In this document: positions 35,951-46,138 of the stretch, piece after piece
Layout of the letters: every line of letters begins with the position of its first letter
Position numbering within the stretch: the stretch's first letter is position 1
Assembly: GCA_030646555.1 (NCBI GenBank)
Contig: JAUSKP010000048.1
Coordinates: 2,236-66,235 of the forward strand
From: a bacterium
Lineage (GTDB): Bacteria > Patescibacteriota > Minisyncoccia > UBA6257 > 02-FULL-45-10c
DNA: 64,000 nt
Reading direction: 5' to 3'
Notes under the pieces: generated by a model
The model's input: the letters and a program-made list of their open reading frames with translations, nothing else
Databases searched by the model: none
Told to the model about the DNA's origin: nothing
Made by a program: the position numbers and the translations under genes

Positions 35951-36973
35951 CTATAGGTGTGGGGACTTAGAAATGATCTTATAAATTTCTAACAGGGTTA
36001 AATAGAAACTTAGGATTATTGGACCGAATAGCAATCCTAGGGGACCAAACAATGAAAGCCCGCCAAAGACAGCAAAAAGAATAAAAATTGGATGGGCCGA
36101 AACACCCTTCTTATAAATGATTGTTCTTAAAACATTATCTATAGAACCAACGAGGATGGTGCCCCAAATAAATAACCCAAAAGCCGCTAAATAGCTCCCA
36201 TTAATGAATAAATAGGCAATTGCAGGAAGCATAACAAGGGATGTTCCTATGCCGGGAACTAAGGCGACAATCACGCCAATCGTTCCCCAAAAAACTGGAC
36301 TCGGAATTCCAAATACCCAAAATCCAATACCGGCCAACGCGCCCTGTATTACGGCGATTAAAAGAGACCCCTTTACCACGGAATTAACAGCGTTATCAAG
36401 CTTCTCAAGTATTAAATTATCATACTTATCTTCTAATGGACTGATTTCTAATAATAATTTTCTGATTTTTAAATTATCTTTTAAGAAAAAGAATAGCGCC
36501 ACAATTACCAAAAGCAGATCAAACAATATTTGGGTGGTGCTAGAAACCAATGGGCCGATATTGCCCACAAACCAATTAAATAATTTCTGAATGTATAAAC
36601 TTAAATTTATAGAAAAGTCCGGAATCAATCTCTTTAGGGGCCCCTCCAAAAGGGTGTTTATTTTGTCCACATAAACAATTTTATTAGTTACCGCATCTGT
36701 ATATAAAGATTGAGCATCTTTAAGTATTTGCCATCCTAAAAGAATTAACGGAATAATGATAAATATCGCCAAAAGAACAATAACAATCAAAGAAGATAGC
36801 CAATCTACTCTAAATAGGGATTTGATCTTTTCATATGTTGGTTGAAGAGCTAGTGAAAGAATTGCGGCAAGCGCCAAAACACCTATAAATGGATAAAAAA
36901 CCAGTCCCATTAATATCGTGGTAGCTAGTAATAAAAATACGAAGAAATATGTTTGTAGTTTTTGATTATCCAT
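35951..36973 (-). CDS. AI-2E family (PerM/UPF0118) transporter
   Basis: LFFFLKD, AVIQG, IDNVLR and FGGLSLFGPLGLLFGPI motifs. Confidence 0.9.
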   Translation of the reverse strand: MDNQKLQTYFFVFLLLATTILMGLVFYPFIGVLALAAILSLALQPTYEKIKSLFRVDWLSSLIVIVLLAIFIIIPLILLGWQILKDAQSLYTDAVTNKIVYVDKINTLLEGPLKRLIPDFSINLSLYIQKLFNWFVGNIGPLVSSTTQILFDLLLVIVALFFFLKDNLKIRKLLLEISPLEDKYDNLILEKLDNAVNSVVKGSLLIAVIQGALAGIGFWVFGIPSPVFWGTIGVIVALVPGIGTSLVMLPAIAYLFINGSYLAAFGLFIWGTILVGSIDNVLRTIIYKKGVSAHPIFILFAVFGGLSLFGPLGLLFGPIILSFYLTLLEIYKIISKSPHL

Positions 36974-37147
36974 ACCGGGTCAGTAGAAATTCAATAATTA
37001 TTAAAAAATAAGCGACTTTAAGCTGACTGTTTGTTTTATTACCCAGGTAGTGATTTATTTATCAATTATGTCGCATGGCGACCAATTGAATTTTCACTGC
37101 CCGGCATAATAGTTATTATAGCCTATTTTTATAAAATACAATAAATA

Positions 37148-37175
37148 AAATCCAGCCGCTTGGGCGGCTGGATTT
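37148..37175 (-). terminator. Intrinsic terminator
   Basis: aaatccagccgc-ttgg-gcggctggattt. Confidence 0.75.
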
Positions 37176-37208
37176 ATATCTGTTTTAAAGTTTTAACTCT
37201 CTAAAAAT

Positions 37209-37811
37209 CTAATAACTCACAAAATAACGGATGGTATTGGCGGCCTTAAGAGAATCAACAAATGTTTTTGATTCAGCATTTAATTTTTGCTGCTTTATTT
37301 CTTGTGTTATCTGGTTATCGTAACTGACTTCTTCGCCTTTTGGAATTTCAATTTTATTATCAGCGATAAACTTTTCTTTATCAGCATCGGTAACTTGTAT
37401 CTTATCGGCAAGAAGCCCTTCTAATTTCTTTTGGATAGCAATTTGTTTTTTAAGGATTTCAAGTGTCATGCCCTGAGACGCAAGAGCTTCTTCCAATGTT
37501 CCGCCCTGGCTCTTAATTTGCGCCTCTGCATTGGCAATTTCAATATTAACTTCATCGTCGGTTACCTTAATATCGTTTTTATTGGCTTCATTATTAATAA
37601 GTTTTTTAACGATAAGACTTTCCAAAGCTGCCTTGCCCGAATTCCTCTCAAGTTCCTGGATAACAGAAAGACGGCTGATAGGAGATCCGTTAACCATGGC
37701 TGCGATGAATAAGCCTTTAATTGCGAAAAGAATAGCTAAAGCAACAATGACTACGCCAACAATGGTCGCTGTTTTTATGCTAATTGTTATTTTTTTATTT
37801 GATGCATCCAT
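37209..37811 (-). CDS. SurA/PrsA N-terminal-domain chaperone-like protein
   Basis: TM, AAMVNGSPI, ALESLI..KLI..EA....I.VTDDEV pattern. Confidence 0.8.
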   Translation of the reverse strand: MDASNKKITISIKTATIVGVVIVALAILFAIKGLFIAAMVNGSPISRLSVIQELERNSGKAALESLIVKKLINNEANKNDIKVTDDEVNIEIANAEAQIKSQGGTLEEALASQGMTLEILKKQIAIQKKLEGLLADKIQVTDADKEKFIADNKIEIPKGEEVSYDNQITQEIKQQKLNAESKTFVDSLKAANTIRYFVSY

Positions 37812-37965
37812 AATATTTTTTGTTTATTTTATTAATTATCCCGATATTCTAATCAAGACTGGTTGAATTATAGCGTAAATATAAAAAAGTTAAAAGTGAA
37901 TAACCCTGCATACAACACAAAAACGCTCCTCAATATGGTAATATTTAAATAATATAGTAATTTTT

Positions 37966-39762
37966 ATGGAAACAGGATCTAAAAAATCATATGTTTACGC
38001 GACAATAGGTTTTGCTTTATTTTTGGCATTTTTCTTCGGATATTATTACTCCGATAAATTTTATCCGCGCACGTTCATTGGCGGCGTAGCGGTCAGCGGA
38101 ATGACTTACGCGGAAGCTCAGGCAAAAATAAAAACGGAACTGGAAGACATTGGCGCAAACGGATTTAATTTGGAATTTATCAAAGAAGCCGCCACTCATA
38201 AAGTGAGTGTCCCGGCTTCAATATCTGGGTTTACACCTGACACGGTAGTTGAATATTTTTCTATCAACAATATTGATGAAACCATTAAAAAAGCCTACGA
38301 CCGGGGCAGAGGACCATCATTCGTCCTTCGATGGGGCGAAAGAATATCTTCATTATTTTTCAAAAAAGCATTTACAGTTCCGTATTCCATTCAAAAGGAG
38401 GCAGTCTTTTCCTTATTAGAAAGAGAACTGAACGGATTTTTAAAGGGCCCGCAAACCGCGGAATTCAGTGAAAGCGGAAATAAAATAATTATATCCGAAG
38501 GAAAATTTGGAGCGGATATTGATTATGAAAGGGTAATCAAAGAAATGGACAAAGTGTTATTTAATGCAAGCGCTAAAAGTCTGAGATTTGACGTTAATTT
38601 AATAGCTCCATCCATAACCGCGGAAGATCTTAAATTGAAACTGGATTTTGTGAATGCCCTAATAGGCTCCGTTGATTTGAAATTGTGGAATGATCCATAT
38701 TGGTGGCGCGCGCGCGGGCCTATTTTGGCAACTTGGCTTACCATAAATAAAGATGACGAGGACAAAATAGAAATAAGGAGCGAAAAACTAAAGAATTTTG
38801 TTGAAATAAATACCAATTTATTGATTGACGGAAGGATGGTAAATAGCCGCTTTGAAATGCAAAATGGCAAGCTGGCGGAGATTGTTCCCGGCCAAGCCGG
38901 ACTGGGGGTAAATTTTGATAAATTAAAAGCAGATATAGAGAAGGAATTGCAAAGGATTTATCAAAATTATAATGGTAAAAAAATAAAGCCGGAAACGCTG
39001 GCGGTTAAATTTACCATTGAAAAAGTATTACCAAAAGTTACGAAGGAAACCATTGAACAGTACAAAATAACCAACCTGATCGGTGAAGCAAAAACTAGTT
39101 TTGCCGGAAGTTCTGCTGCTAGAATACATAATATAAAAGTTGGGGTTTTAAAGCTTAACGGAATATTGATAGCTCCAGGGGAAGAATTTTCCACGGTAAA
39201 AGCAATCGGGGAAGTAACTGAGAAAGAAGGATATAAAAAAGAATTTGTAATCAAGCTAGATAAAAGCGTGGAAGAATTCGGGGGCGGACTTTGCCAAATA
39301 GCGACTACATTATTCAGATTAGCGCTTAATACCGGGCTGCCGATCACTGAGAGGCAAAATCATAGCTACGTTGTCGGTTATTACGGACCGGGACTGGACG
39401 CGACAATTTATGGACCGCATCCGGATCTCAGGTTTGTTAACGACACGGGAAATTATGTTTTATTGCAGGGAATGGTAAAAAATAACGATTTAATCTTTGA
39501 GCTTTATGGAAGAAAAGACGGCAGAAAAGTATCAATTTCCGAACCAAGAATACGCGACAGAATATCTCCGCCTGATACAAAATATATTTTAACGGATGCC
39601 CTGCCGCTGGCGCAAAAAAAATGCACCGAGAGGCGCAGAGAGGGACTAACTGCGGAAACTGATTATCGCGTGGAATATGCCGACTCCAGCATTCATGAAC
39701 AAACTTTTTTCAGCGAGTATAAGCCTTGGCAGGAAGTGTGCCTCTTTGGCACACGGTTTTAA
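37966..39762 (+). CDS. VanW family protein with PG-binding domain
   Basis: RIHNI, GEEFS, GGGLCQIATTLF, ERQNHSY, GLDATIY and DLRFVNDT motifs. Confidence 0.9.
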   Translation: METGSKKSYVYATIGFALFLAFFFGYYYSDKFYPRTFIGGVAVSGMTYAEAQAKIKTELEDIGANGFNLEFIKEAATHKVSVPASISGFTPDTVVEYFSINNIDETIKKAYDRGRGPSFVLRWGERISSLFFKKAFTVPYSIQKEAVFSLLERELNGFLKGPQTAEFSESGNKIIISEGKFGADIDYERVIKEMDKVLFNASAKSLRFDVNLIAPSITAEDLKLKLDFVNALIGSVDLKLWNDPYWWRARGPILATWLTINKDDEDKIEIRSEKLKNFVEINTNLLIDGRMVNSRFEMQNGKLAEIVPGQAGLGVNFDKLKADIEKELQRIYQNYNGKKIKPETLAVKFTIEKVLPKVTKETIEQYKITNLIGEAKTSFAGSSAARIHNIKVGVLKLNGILIAPGEEFSTVKAIGEVTEKEGYKKEFVIKLDKSVEEFGGGLCQIATTLFRLALNTGLPITERQNHSYVVGYYGPGLDATIYGPHPDLRFVNDTGNYVLLQGMVKNNDLIFELYGRKDGRKVSISEPRIRDRISPPDTKYILTDALPLAQKKCTERRREGLTAETDYRVEYADSSIHEQTFFSEYKPWQEVCLFGTRF

Positions 39763-39774
39763 CCTTTGCGGTCT

Positions 39775-40401
39775 TTAAAGCCGCACCGTAATAAATCTTT
39801 TTTTCCACACCTTAATAAAATCCTGGATGGAAATTTTTTCTCCTGCCGATGTTCCGGCGGGATCATTATAATAAATTGTATCGCCGTCAATGCCGCTTAT
39901 AACCGCGAGGTGAGGTATTGAGCTTTTTAGATCAAATTTATAATGGACCGATGCAATGACGGGACCTTCCTTTAAGGATTTTTTAAATTGAGCGAAGGCG
40001 GCATCCACGCTCAAACTTGAAAGATCATAATTTTCGCCTTTTAGGCCATATTTGCTGGCAAGAAGCGCAAGCTCTCTATGTTTCCATCCCGCATCGTTAA
40101 GATATGCTCCGGCATCAATACCTTCCTTGAGCAGGGTATTAACCGCCACAGTTCCCGGTTTATAAAATTCAATAAGCATCGCCAAGCTTGCTATGCCGCA
40201 ACCCAGTTTTTGCCATTCAACATCATCAATATCGCTAAATTGCGAGTAAAAGAGAACATCGGGAATTTTAGTTTGAACGTTAATAACCATCTCATTTTGA
40301 GAATTATAGCGAGTATCAATCGGAGCATTCAAAGAAACGCCTGAAGCGGCGATTGAAGTACCAACCAAGAAATTTATAAGAAGGTTGAAATATGATGCCA
40401 T
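39775..40401 (-). CDS. Peptidase C39-like protein
   Basis: FYSQ, GCGIASLAM (Cys), PHLAVISG (His) and YYNDP (Asp) motifs. Confidence 0.85.
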   Translation of the reverse strand: MASYFNLLINFLVGTSIAASGVSLNAPIDTRYNSQNEMVINVQTKIPDVLFYSQFSDIDDVEWQKLGCGIASLAMLIEFYKPGTVAVNTLLKEGIDAGAYLNDAGWKHRELALLASKYGLKGENYDLSSLSVDAAFAQFKKSLKEGPVIASVHYKFDLKSSIPHLAVISGIDGDTIYYNDPAGTSAGEKISIQDFIKVWKKRFITVRL

Positions 40402-40498
40402 GTTTTAAATTATACCATATTTTAACAAATATTGCAAGATAGGGTGATATAACTGCCAACCTTAGGGCAGCTCATCCAAATGAACTTAATAATTATTT

Positions 40499-41986
40499 TT
40501 ATTTCCTTGGAATTTTGGAAAACACTGTGTGTTTTTCAATCCCTGATACGTATTTGAAATAGAAAAGCATATAATACTTGGCCATTCTTAAAAGCCCTTT
40601 CTTACTCGCATTTTTAGCTGTTTTATATCCGTAAAAAGCAAAGTATAGCCAAGTATAAAAATGGGTAAGCGGTTGAGAGATCAAGAATTCCGTGAATGGA
40701 CGCAAAAATGGAAACTGCACAATAATGCCGAATAACTTATGCAAATTGACTATTTTTAATTTTAATTTGGGGTCTCCAAAATTCAAAGCAGAATCGGTCT
40801 TGTTGGAAACATGGATTTTATCAAAATTCTCATCAAACATTCCTTTCTGAATTGCCAGTTTGCCAAGTTCCGTTTCCGGATAAGGATAGAGAATGGAAGA
40901 CCAAGCATAATCCGGTTTAAGTTTAATATTAAAGTCTAGGGTCTCCAAATCCGCTTTCAATGGATCATCCACCGGCAGACCGACTAAATTTTGCGTTAAT
41001 ATTTTAATCTTATATTTATGAAGGATTTCGCAAGCTTTGACAATTTGTTCATTAGGAATATTACGTTTTAGAATTTTAGTTGAAATTTCGTTGTTAGCGC
41101 ACTCTACTCCCAAGCACATAGTTTGGCAGCCCATTTGTTTTAAAAGTTTGCCTATCCTGTCTTCATATATTAAATTTGCTCGTCCATTACAAAAGAGCGG
41201 CAGTCCTATTTCTTTAAGAAATTTCTCGGCAAACTCTTCTAGCCAGCCATTAGGCTTAATAAGAAATGTATCATCGTCAATAAATACACAATCCAAAAAA
41301 TAATTTTGTTTAACTTCTTTAATCTCGGCGATCATATTGTCAACTGAACGCACTCGGAGCATCTTGCCCTTGCCCTCAGTCATTTTGTTGTAAACATGAT
41401 TAAAACAATACGTGCACTGATTTGGACATCCCCGCATAGACATAAACATCTTTTTACCATTGAAGCGCAAAGAAGGATCCGCATCATAGAATAATTTTCT
41501 GTCCGGAAAAGGGAGGCTATTTAAATCTTCAACTAGGGGGCCTATTTCATTTCGGATAATATCGCCATTTGGTTTTTTAAACCAAAAATTTGGAGTGTTA
41601 TAAAAATCCTTACCCTTTTCCATCCGTTCAACCAATTCCAAAAAATAAATATCTCCTTCTCCGCGGCAAATGGCGTCCACCCTATCCTTTTCAACCATTT
41701 CCGGTTTAAACGTAGGGTGAGGTCCGCCAAAGACCGAAAAGCAATCATAGCGATCTCTCACTATCTTATTCAAATCAATATAATAATTGTGTTCACCTGT
41801 AGTAATGCTGTAAGCAAGGATATCTGGTTTGTACTCTTTTATTTTTGCGACACACTCATCCTCACTTAATTCCTCAGTTAATAATAGCCGGACAGAATGG
41901 CCTTTCTGTTTAAGAATGCTTGAAAGCGTCATAATTCCTAATCGCTCGTACATGGTCGTGCTTTTAAGAAAAAATTGGATTTTCAT
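40499..41986 (-). CDS. B12-binding radical SAM protein
   Basis: GGPHPT, RGEGD, RGCPNQCTYC (CxxxCxxC), DDTF and PYPET motifs. Confidence 0.92.
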   Translation of the reverse strand: MKIQFFLKSTTMYERLGIMTLSSILKQKGHSVRLLLTEELSEDECVAKIKEYKPDILAYSITTGEHNYYIDLNKIVRDRYDCFSVFGGPHPTFKPEMVEKDRVDAICRGEGDIYFLELVERMEKGKDFYNTPNFWFKKPNGDIIRNEIGPLVEDLNSLPFPDRKLFYDADPSLRFNGKKMFMSMRGCPNQCTYCFNHVYNKMTEGKGKMLRVRSVDNMIAEIKEVKQNYFLDCVFIDDDTFLIKPNGWLEEFAEKFLKEIGLPLFCNGRANLIYEDRIGKLLKQMGCQTMCLGVECANNEISTKILKRNIPNEQIVKACEILHKYKIKILTQNLVGLPVDDPLKADLETLDFNIKLKPDYAWSSILYPYPETELGKLAIQKGMFDENFDKIHVSNKTDSALNFGDPKLKLKIVNLHKLFGIIVQFPFLRPFTEFLISQPLTHFYTWLYFAFYGYKTAKNASKKGLLRMAKYYMLFYFKYVSGIEKHTVFSKIPRK

Positions 41987-42145
41987 TATACGGCTTTATT
42001 TATTAATAAAATAATTGGAACATACCTGGTAAGCTTTTAATCCTTAAAAATTTTACAAGCGATTTACAAATATTGCAAGCCAACTTAGCCGCCAATAAAT
42101 TTTACATGACTCTTATTATTACAATAAATAGAATATAATATTAGT

Positions 42146-43810
42146 GTGAACACTACATTTGAATCCCTCAAGCCTTCTTTTAAAGGTGATGTAGATAATT
42201 CGGAAATGGCTCTTTCTACTTACTCTCATGACGCAAGCTTGTTTGAAATTCGTCCGCGCGCAGTGCTCTATCCAAAAGACGCAGAAGATGTCAAAACCTT
42301 GACGCGCTGGGTTGCGGCAAACAAAAAACAGGATCCATCACTTTCTATAACTGCCCGTTCTGCCGGCACTGATATGTCCGGCGCGGCTATTGGCAGCTCT
42401 ATTATCGTTGACTTCACTAGATATATGAATGAGATCAAAGAAATAGCGCCAGACCACGCCATAGTAATGCCGGGGTGCTATTACAGAGACTTCGATGCCG
42501 CGACTCAAAAAATAAATCGTTTTATGCCTGCTTATACCGCTTCCAGAGAAATAAATGCCATGGGCGGAATGATTGGAAATAATAGCGGCGGTGAAAAAGC
42601 CATTAAATATGGAAAAACCGAGCAATATATAAACTCCCTTAAGATAGTTCTTTCCGATGGCAACGAATATATTATTAAACCGCTGACAAAAACTGAAATC
42701 GAAGAAAAGATTGCTAAAACGCCTAAACCGGAAAATTCTTTTGAGGTTGAACTGTATCAAAAACTGCATAAGCTTATAACTGAAAACTATGATCAAATTA
42801 TGTCCGCAAAGCCCGCTGTTTCCAAAAACTCCGCCGGATACTATCTATGGAATGTGTATAACAAAAACATGGGAACATTTGATCTGTGCCAGCTGATCGT
42901 CGGATCGCAAGGAACGCTGGGCATCGTAACCGAAATTAATTTTAAACTTGCGCCGACCCAGCCATATTCAAATATTCTAGTGGTTTTCTTGCCATCTCTT
43001 GATGCGGTAAGCGATCTTGTTACTGAAATATTGCCTTTCAAACCTGACAGTTTGGAAACATATGATGATAAGAGCATGATGCTGGCAGTAAGATTCTTTT
43101 TTGATTTCTTCAAGCAATTGGGTTTTTGGGGTGCGATCAAACTCGGCCTCCAATTTATTCCCGAAGCTTGGATGATGGCCATCGGCGGCGTGCCAAAACT
43201 TATCCTTATGATTGAATTTACCGGCCAATCCAAAGAAAATGTAAATAAAAAACTGATGGAAGTAGAACAGCATATTAAACACTTCGGCTTTCGCGCACAT
43301 ATTGCCCGATCAAATGCTGAAGCGAATAAATATTGGAAAATCCGGCATGAGAGTTTTAATCTACTCAGAAAACACGTTAAAAACAAGCGAACAGCGCCTT
43401 TTATTGACGATGTCATCGTAAAACCGGAATATTTGCCGGAGTTTCTGCCAAAAATAAAAGTCTTGCTTGATGAATACAAGCTTGACTATACAGTCCAAGG
43501 GCACCTTGGCAATGGAAATTTTCATATCATCCCGCTAATGGATCTCAACTCTCCTTTTTCGGCGGATATCATTATTGATCTTTCGGCCAAGGTATACGCT
43601 CTCGTGCATGAGTATCGTGGTTCAATTACCGCGGAACACAATGATGGAATTATTAGAACGCCATACCTGGCGCAACAATATGGCGCAGAAATAATCTCGC
43701 TTTTTGAGCAGACAAAAAATATATTTGATCCAAACAATATTTTTAATCCCAAAATAAAAGTGGGAGGAACTTTTGAGGATATTAGAAAAGCAATTAAGAA
43801 AAATAACTAA
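42146..43810 (+). CDS. FAD-linked oxidase (D-lactate/glycolate dehydrogenase-like)
   Basis: RSAGT, GGMIGNN, GSQGTLGIVTE, GHLGNGNFH and TAEHNDG motifs. Confidence 0.9.
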   Translation: MNTTFESLKPSFKGDVDNSEMALSTYSHDASLFEIRPRAVLYPKDAEDVKTLTRWVAANKKQDPSLSITARSAGTDMSGAAIGSSIIVDFTRYMNEIKEIAPDHAIVMPGCYYRDFDAATQKINRFMPAYTASREINAMGGMIGNNSGGEKAIKYGKTEQYINSLKIVLSDGNEYIIKPLTKTEIEEKIAKTPKPENSFEVELYQKLHKLITENYDQIMSAKPAVSKNSAGYYLWNVYNKNMGTFDLCQLIVGSQGTLGIVTEINFKLAPTQPYSNILVVFLPSLDAVSDLVTEILPFKPDSLETYDDKSMMLAVRFFFDFFKQLGFWGAIKLGLQFIPEAWMMAIGGVPKLILMIEFTGQSKENVNKKLMEVEQHIKHFGFRAHIARSNAEANKYWKIRHESFNLLRKHVKNKRTAPFIDDVIVKPEYLPEFLPKIKVLLDEYKLDYTVQGHLGNGNFHIIPLMDLNSPFSADIIIDLSAKVYALVHEYRGSITAEHNDGIIRTPYLAQQYGAEIISLFEQTKNIFDPNNIFNPKIKVGGTFEDIRKAIKKNN

Positions 43811-43828
43811 AAAAAGAGGATGGATTAT

Positions 43829-43902
43829 TGGCTGCCAGACCTGGATTCGAACCAAGATACCCGCCTCCAAAGGGCGGTGTCCTACCATTAGACGATCTGG
43901 CA
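43829..43902 (-). tRNA. tRNA-Gln(TTG), CCA encoded
   Basis: Reverse complement tgccagatcgtctaatggtaggacaccgcc-ctTTGga-ggcgggtatcttggttcgaatccaggtctggcagcca. Confidence 0.95.
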
Positions 43903-43974
43903 ATATTTTATTTATACTATCACGATTTTTTTTAAAATTCCACTTAATTTGTTATAATAAATACCTATTTAAAT

Positions 43975-44451
43975 ATGATTTTATCTATACACGCAATAGT
44001 CGGAGCAGTTTTAGCCTCTAATTCTAATAGTATCGGGCAAGCTATCATATTAGGCCTCGTGAGCCATTATTTTTTGGATTCTATTCCTCATGTTGAATAT
44101 ACAATAAAAAATATTCAAAAAGGGGACTTAAAAACGGCCATTAAGGAATTCGTCAATATTTCCATTGATCTGATTGTCAGTCTTGCGATCCTTTTGTACT
44201 TGATCCAAAATAAAAATTTTGATCAAACAATTTTGATATTAACCGGATCTTTTTTTGCGTTACTTCCTGATGGGCTATACTTTATTGATTGCCTTGTTAA
44301 AAATAAGAATAGGAATATATTTACAAAGTTTCTAAAAATGCATTCTGATTTTCACGCAAAAACACATTCCAATATTGCTTCTTTTAAAATACAGCTTATT
44401 ACGCAGATTATAATAGCCTTAGCCCTGCTTTTCTTTATCCTTTTTAAATAA
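43975..44451 (+). CDS. Membrane protein, putative metal-dependent hydrolase
   Basis: HAIVG, SHYFLDSIPH, LLPD and H..FH...H conserved His/Asp pattern. Confidence 0.6.
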   Translation: MILSIHAIVGAVLASNSNSIGQAIILGLVSHYFLDSIPHVEYTIKNIQKGDLKTAIKEFVNISIDLIVSLAILLYLIQNKNFDQTILILTGSFFALLPDGLYFIDCLVKNKNRNIFTKFLKMHSDFHAKTHSNIASFKIQLITQIIIALALLFFILFK

Positions 44452-44466
44452 AAAACGTCCCGATGT

Positions 44467-45207
44467 TTATCGGGACGCTTTGCCAAGAATTTTTACCAGA
44501 ACAGGCGGACCATTTATCCGGCCCATTTTCTTTTTGTCGGTCGCCACTATCCACATATAAAGCGTTTTAGCGTCCATTAGCGCGGGCTTTTTCGGATAAC
44601 CGTAATATTTTTTCTGCATTTCCTCATCATATAAACCGATACAGCCGTGCGAAGCGGGTTTTCCGTCCAAGTCCCTGCCATGGATAAAAAAGTTAGTATC
44701 TTTTTTTTCTGACCGAGAAAGCTGCAATGCCCAATCCATAGGATAGGGCCGTGTGGAATTATTTATAAAATAACGGGAAGAACGCTTATTTTTTTCAAAA
44801 TTATAAATATAAAATAATCCAGTTGGCGTAGCAAAGCCTTCTTTTCCGGAGGATATCGGAAAACTAAATTTAAGTCTGCCGTACTGATAAGCTCCTAAAA
44901 ACTGCTTAGAAAGATCAACAACTATCACCTTGGGAACTAGCCTATATTTTTTTAAAGCCATAGGCAGGGGATTATAATGAAAATTCTCCGAATTGAGAGG
45001 AATTTTGACTTTGTATCCCTTGTAAATGTGAACTCTATCTATGCGATTAAATCTTAATATTTCAATCCACGATTCAGGAAAAACTTTTTCTAAATCATTT
45101 TGGCGTTTAAGCGTATACATCCTAAAGTCGGGTTCTTGAGAGAAGACCATTCCCGAACCTGCAAATAAGAAAAAAATGCCTAGCAGCGCCCTATATAACG
45201 CGAACAT
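44467..45207 (-). CDS. L,D-transpeptidase (YkuD family)
   Basis: VDLSKQ, ISSGK..TPTG and IHG...PASHGCI motifs. Signal peptide and GGAGG SD. Confidence 0.9.
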   Translation of the reverse strand: MFALYRALLGIFFLFAGSGMVFSQEPDFRMYTLKRQNDLEKVFPESWIEILRFNRIDRVHIYKGYKVKIPLNSENFHYNPLPMALKKYRLVPKVIVVDLSKQFLGAYQYGRLKFSFPISSGKEGFATPTGLFYIYNFEKNKRSSRYFINNSTRPYPMDWALQLSRSEKKDTNFFIHGRDLDGKPASHGCIGLYDEEMQKKYYGYPKKPALMDAKTLYMWIVATDKKKMGRINGPPVLVKILGKASR

Positions 45208-45218
45208 ATTTCCTCCCT

Positions 45219-45248
45219 TTGTCCGCCATAGCTTTATGCGAAGGCGGA
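45219..45248. repeat. TCCGCC-TTCGC..AGCTAT-GGCGGA palindromic element
   Basis: Its reverse complement matches rnpB 57958-57986 except for a 1-nt indel. Confidence 0.85.
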
Positions 45249-45445
45249 TTTATTTTAATTTTTAAGAATCTAATATCTAGGTTAGTATTTAATGGCTTGC
45301 ATTACAAGCGCCCTAAAACATTCGCCCTTGGCGGATGTTCGGGCGATCATTTTGCAAAACAAAATGATTTAGCCCTAAAACCAGCACCGTCAAAATTATA
45401 AACATAAACAGTTGTGCAAAGAAAAAATTAAGTTATAATTAAAAC

Positions 45446-45712
45446 ATGGACACTTTAATGAAATCAGAAATATTCTTTTTTATTACATCAATAGCGGTGG
45501 TAATTTTGACAATATTTATAGGAATAGTGGCGGCATATTTAATTAGGATCCTTAGGAATGTTGACAATATTTCTAAAACGGCAAAAGATGAGGCTGCGCT
45601 TATCAAAGAAGATGTTGCGGACCTGCGCCAAAACATCAGGGACGAAGGAATAAAAGTAAAAAGTTTTGTCAGGTTTTTTAATAAATTGAAAGGCCGAAAA
45701 AATAAAAAATAA
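45446..45712 (+). CDS. Small membrane/coiled-coil protein (DUF948-like)
   Basis: One TM followed by an amphipathic coil. Paired with a YtxH-like gene. Confidence 0.55.
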   Translation: MDTLMKSEIFFFITSIAVVILTIFIGIVAAYLIRILRNVDNISKTAKDEAALIKEDVADLRQNIRDEGIKVKSFVRFFNKLKGRKNKK

Positions 45713-45724
45713 TCTTAAATAAAA

Positions 45725-46087
45725 ATGAATAAAAAAACAAAAAGAATAGCAGTTGAAACGGGCATGGGTCTTGCCGCATTAGCCGCAACCGCCGCCGGAG
45801 TATATTTCTTGTCCGGCAAGAAAGGCGCAAAAAACCGCAAAAAGGTTAAAGGCTGGATGCTAAAAGCCAAGGGCGAAGTTCTCCAAGAAATGGAACATAT
45901 GAAAAATATGGGCGAGGGCACTTATCACGATACAATTGATGCTATGTCTGAAAGATATAAAATTCTTAAGAATGTAGATAAAAAAGAGCTTGATAATTTG
46001 GTTAAAGAATTAAAAAGCCATTGGAAACATATTAAAAAGGATCTGAAACCAAAAGCCAGAAAATCTTCCAGCAAGAAAAGAAAGTAA
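45725..46087 (+). CDS. YtxH-like protein
   Basis: 'AALAATAAGVYFL.GK.GAKNRKK' pattern. Confidence 0.55.
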   Translation: MNKKTKRIAVETGMGLAALAATAAGVYFLSGKKGAKNRKKVKGWMLKAKGEVLQEMEHMKNMGEGTYHDTIDAMSERYKILKNVDKKELDNLVKELKSHWKHIKKDLKPKARKSSSKKRK

Positions 46088-46091
46088 ACTT

Positions 46092-46134
46092 AAAAAACAT
46101 CCCCTCACTCTGCAAGAGTGAGGGGATGTTTTTT
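46092..46134. terminator. Bidirectional terminator
   Basis: aaaaacatcccctcactct-gca-agagtgaggggatgttttt. Confidence 0.85.
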
Positions 46135-46138
46135 GTTT

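Noticed and set aside
45255-45400. Hairpin-rich leader upstream of the L,D-transpeptidase with gccctaaaac repeated twice
   Set aside because: It is largely explained by short palindromic repeat units, and no recognisable aptamer or clear alternative fold over the start site was found.
30090-46134. Similar terminator stems cccctcactc/gagtgagggg at 30090 and 46098
   Set aside because: Only two short copies, adequately explained as intrinsic terminators. This is too little to call a family.
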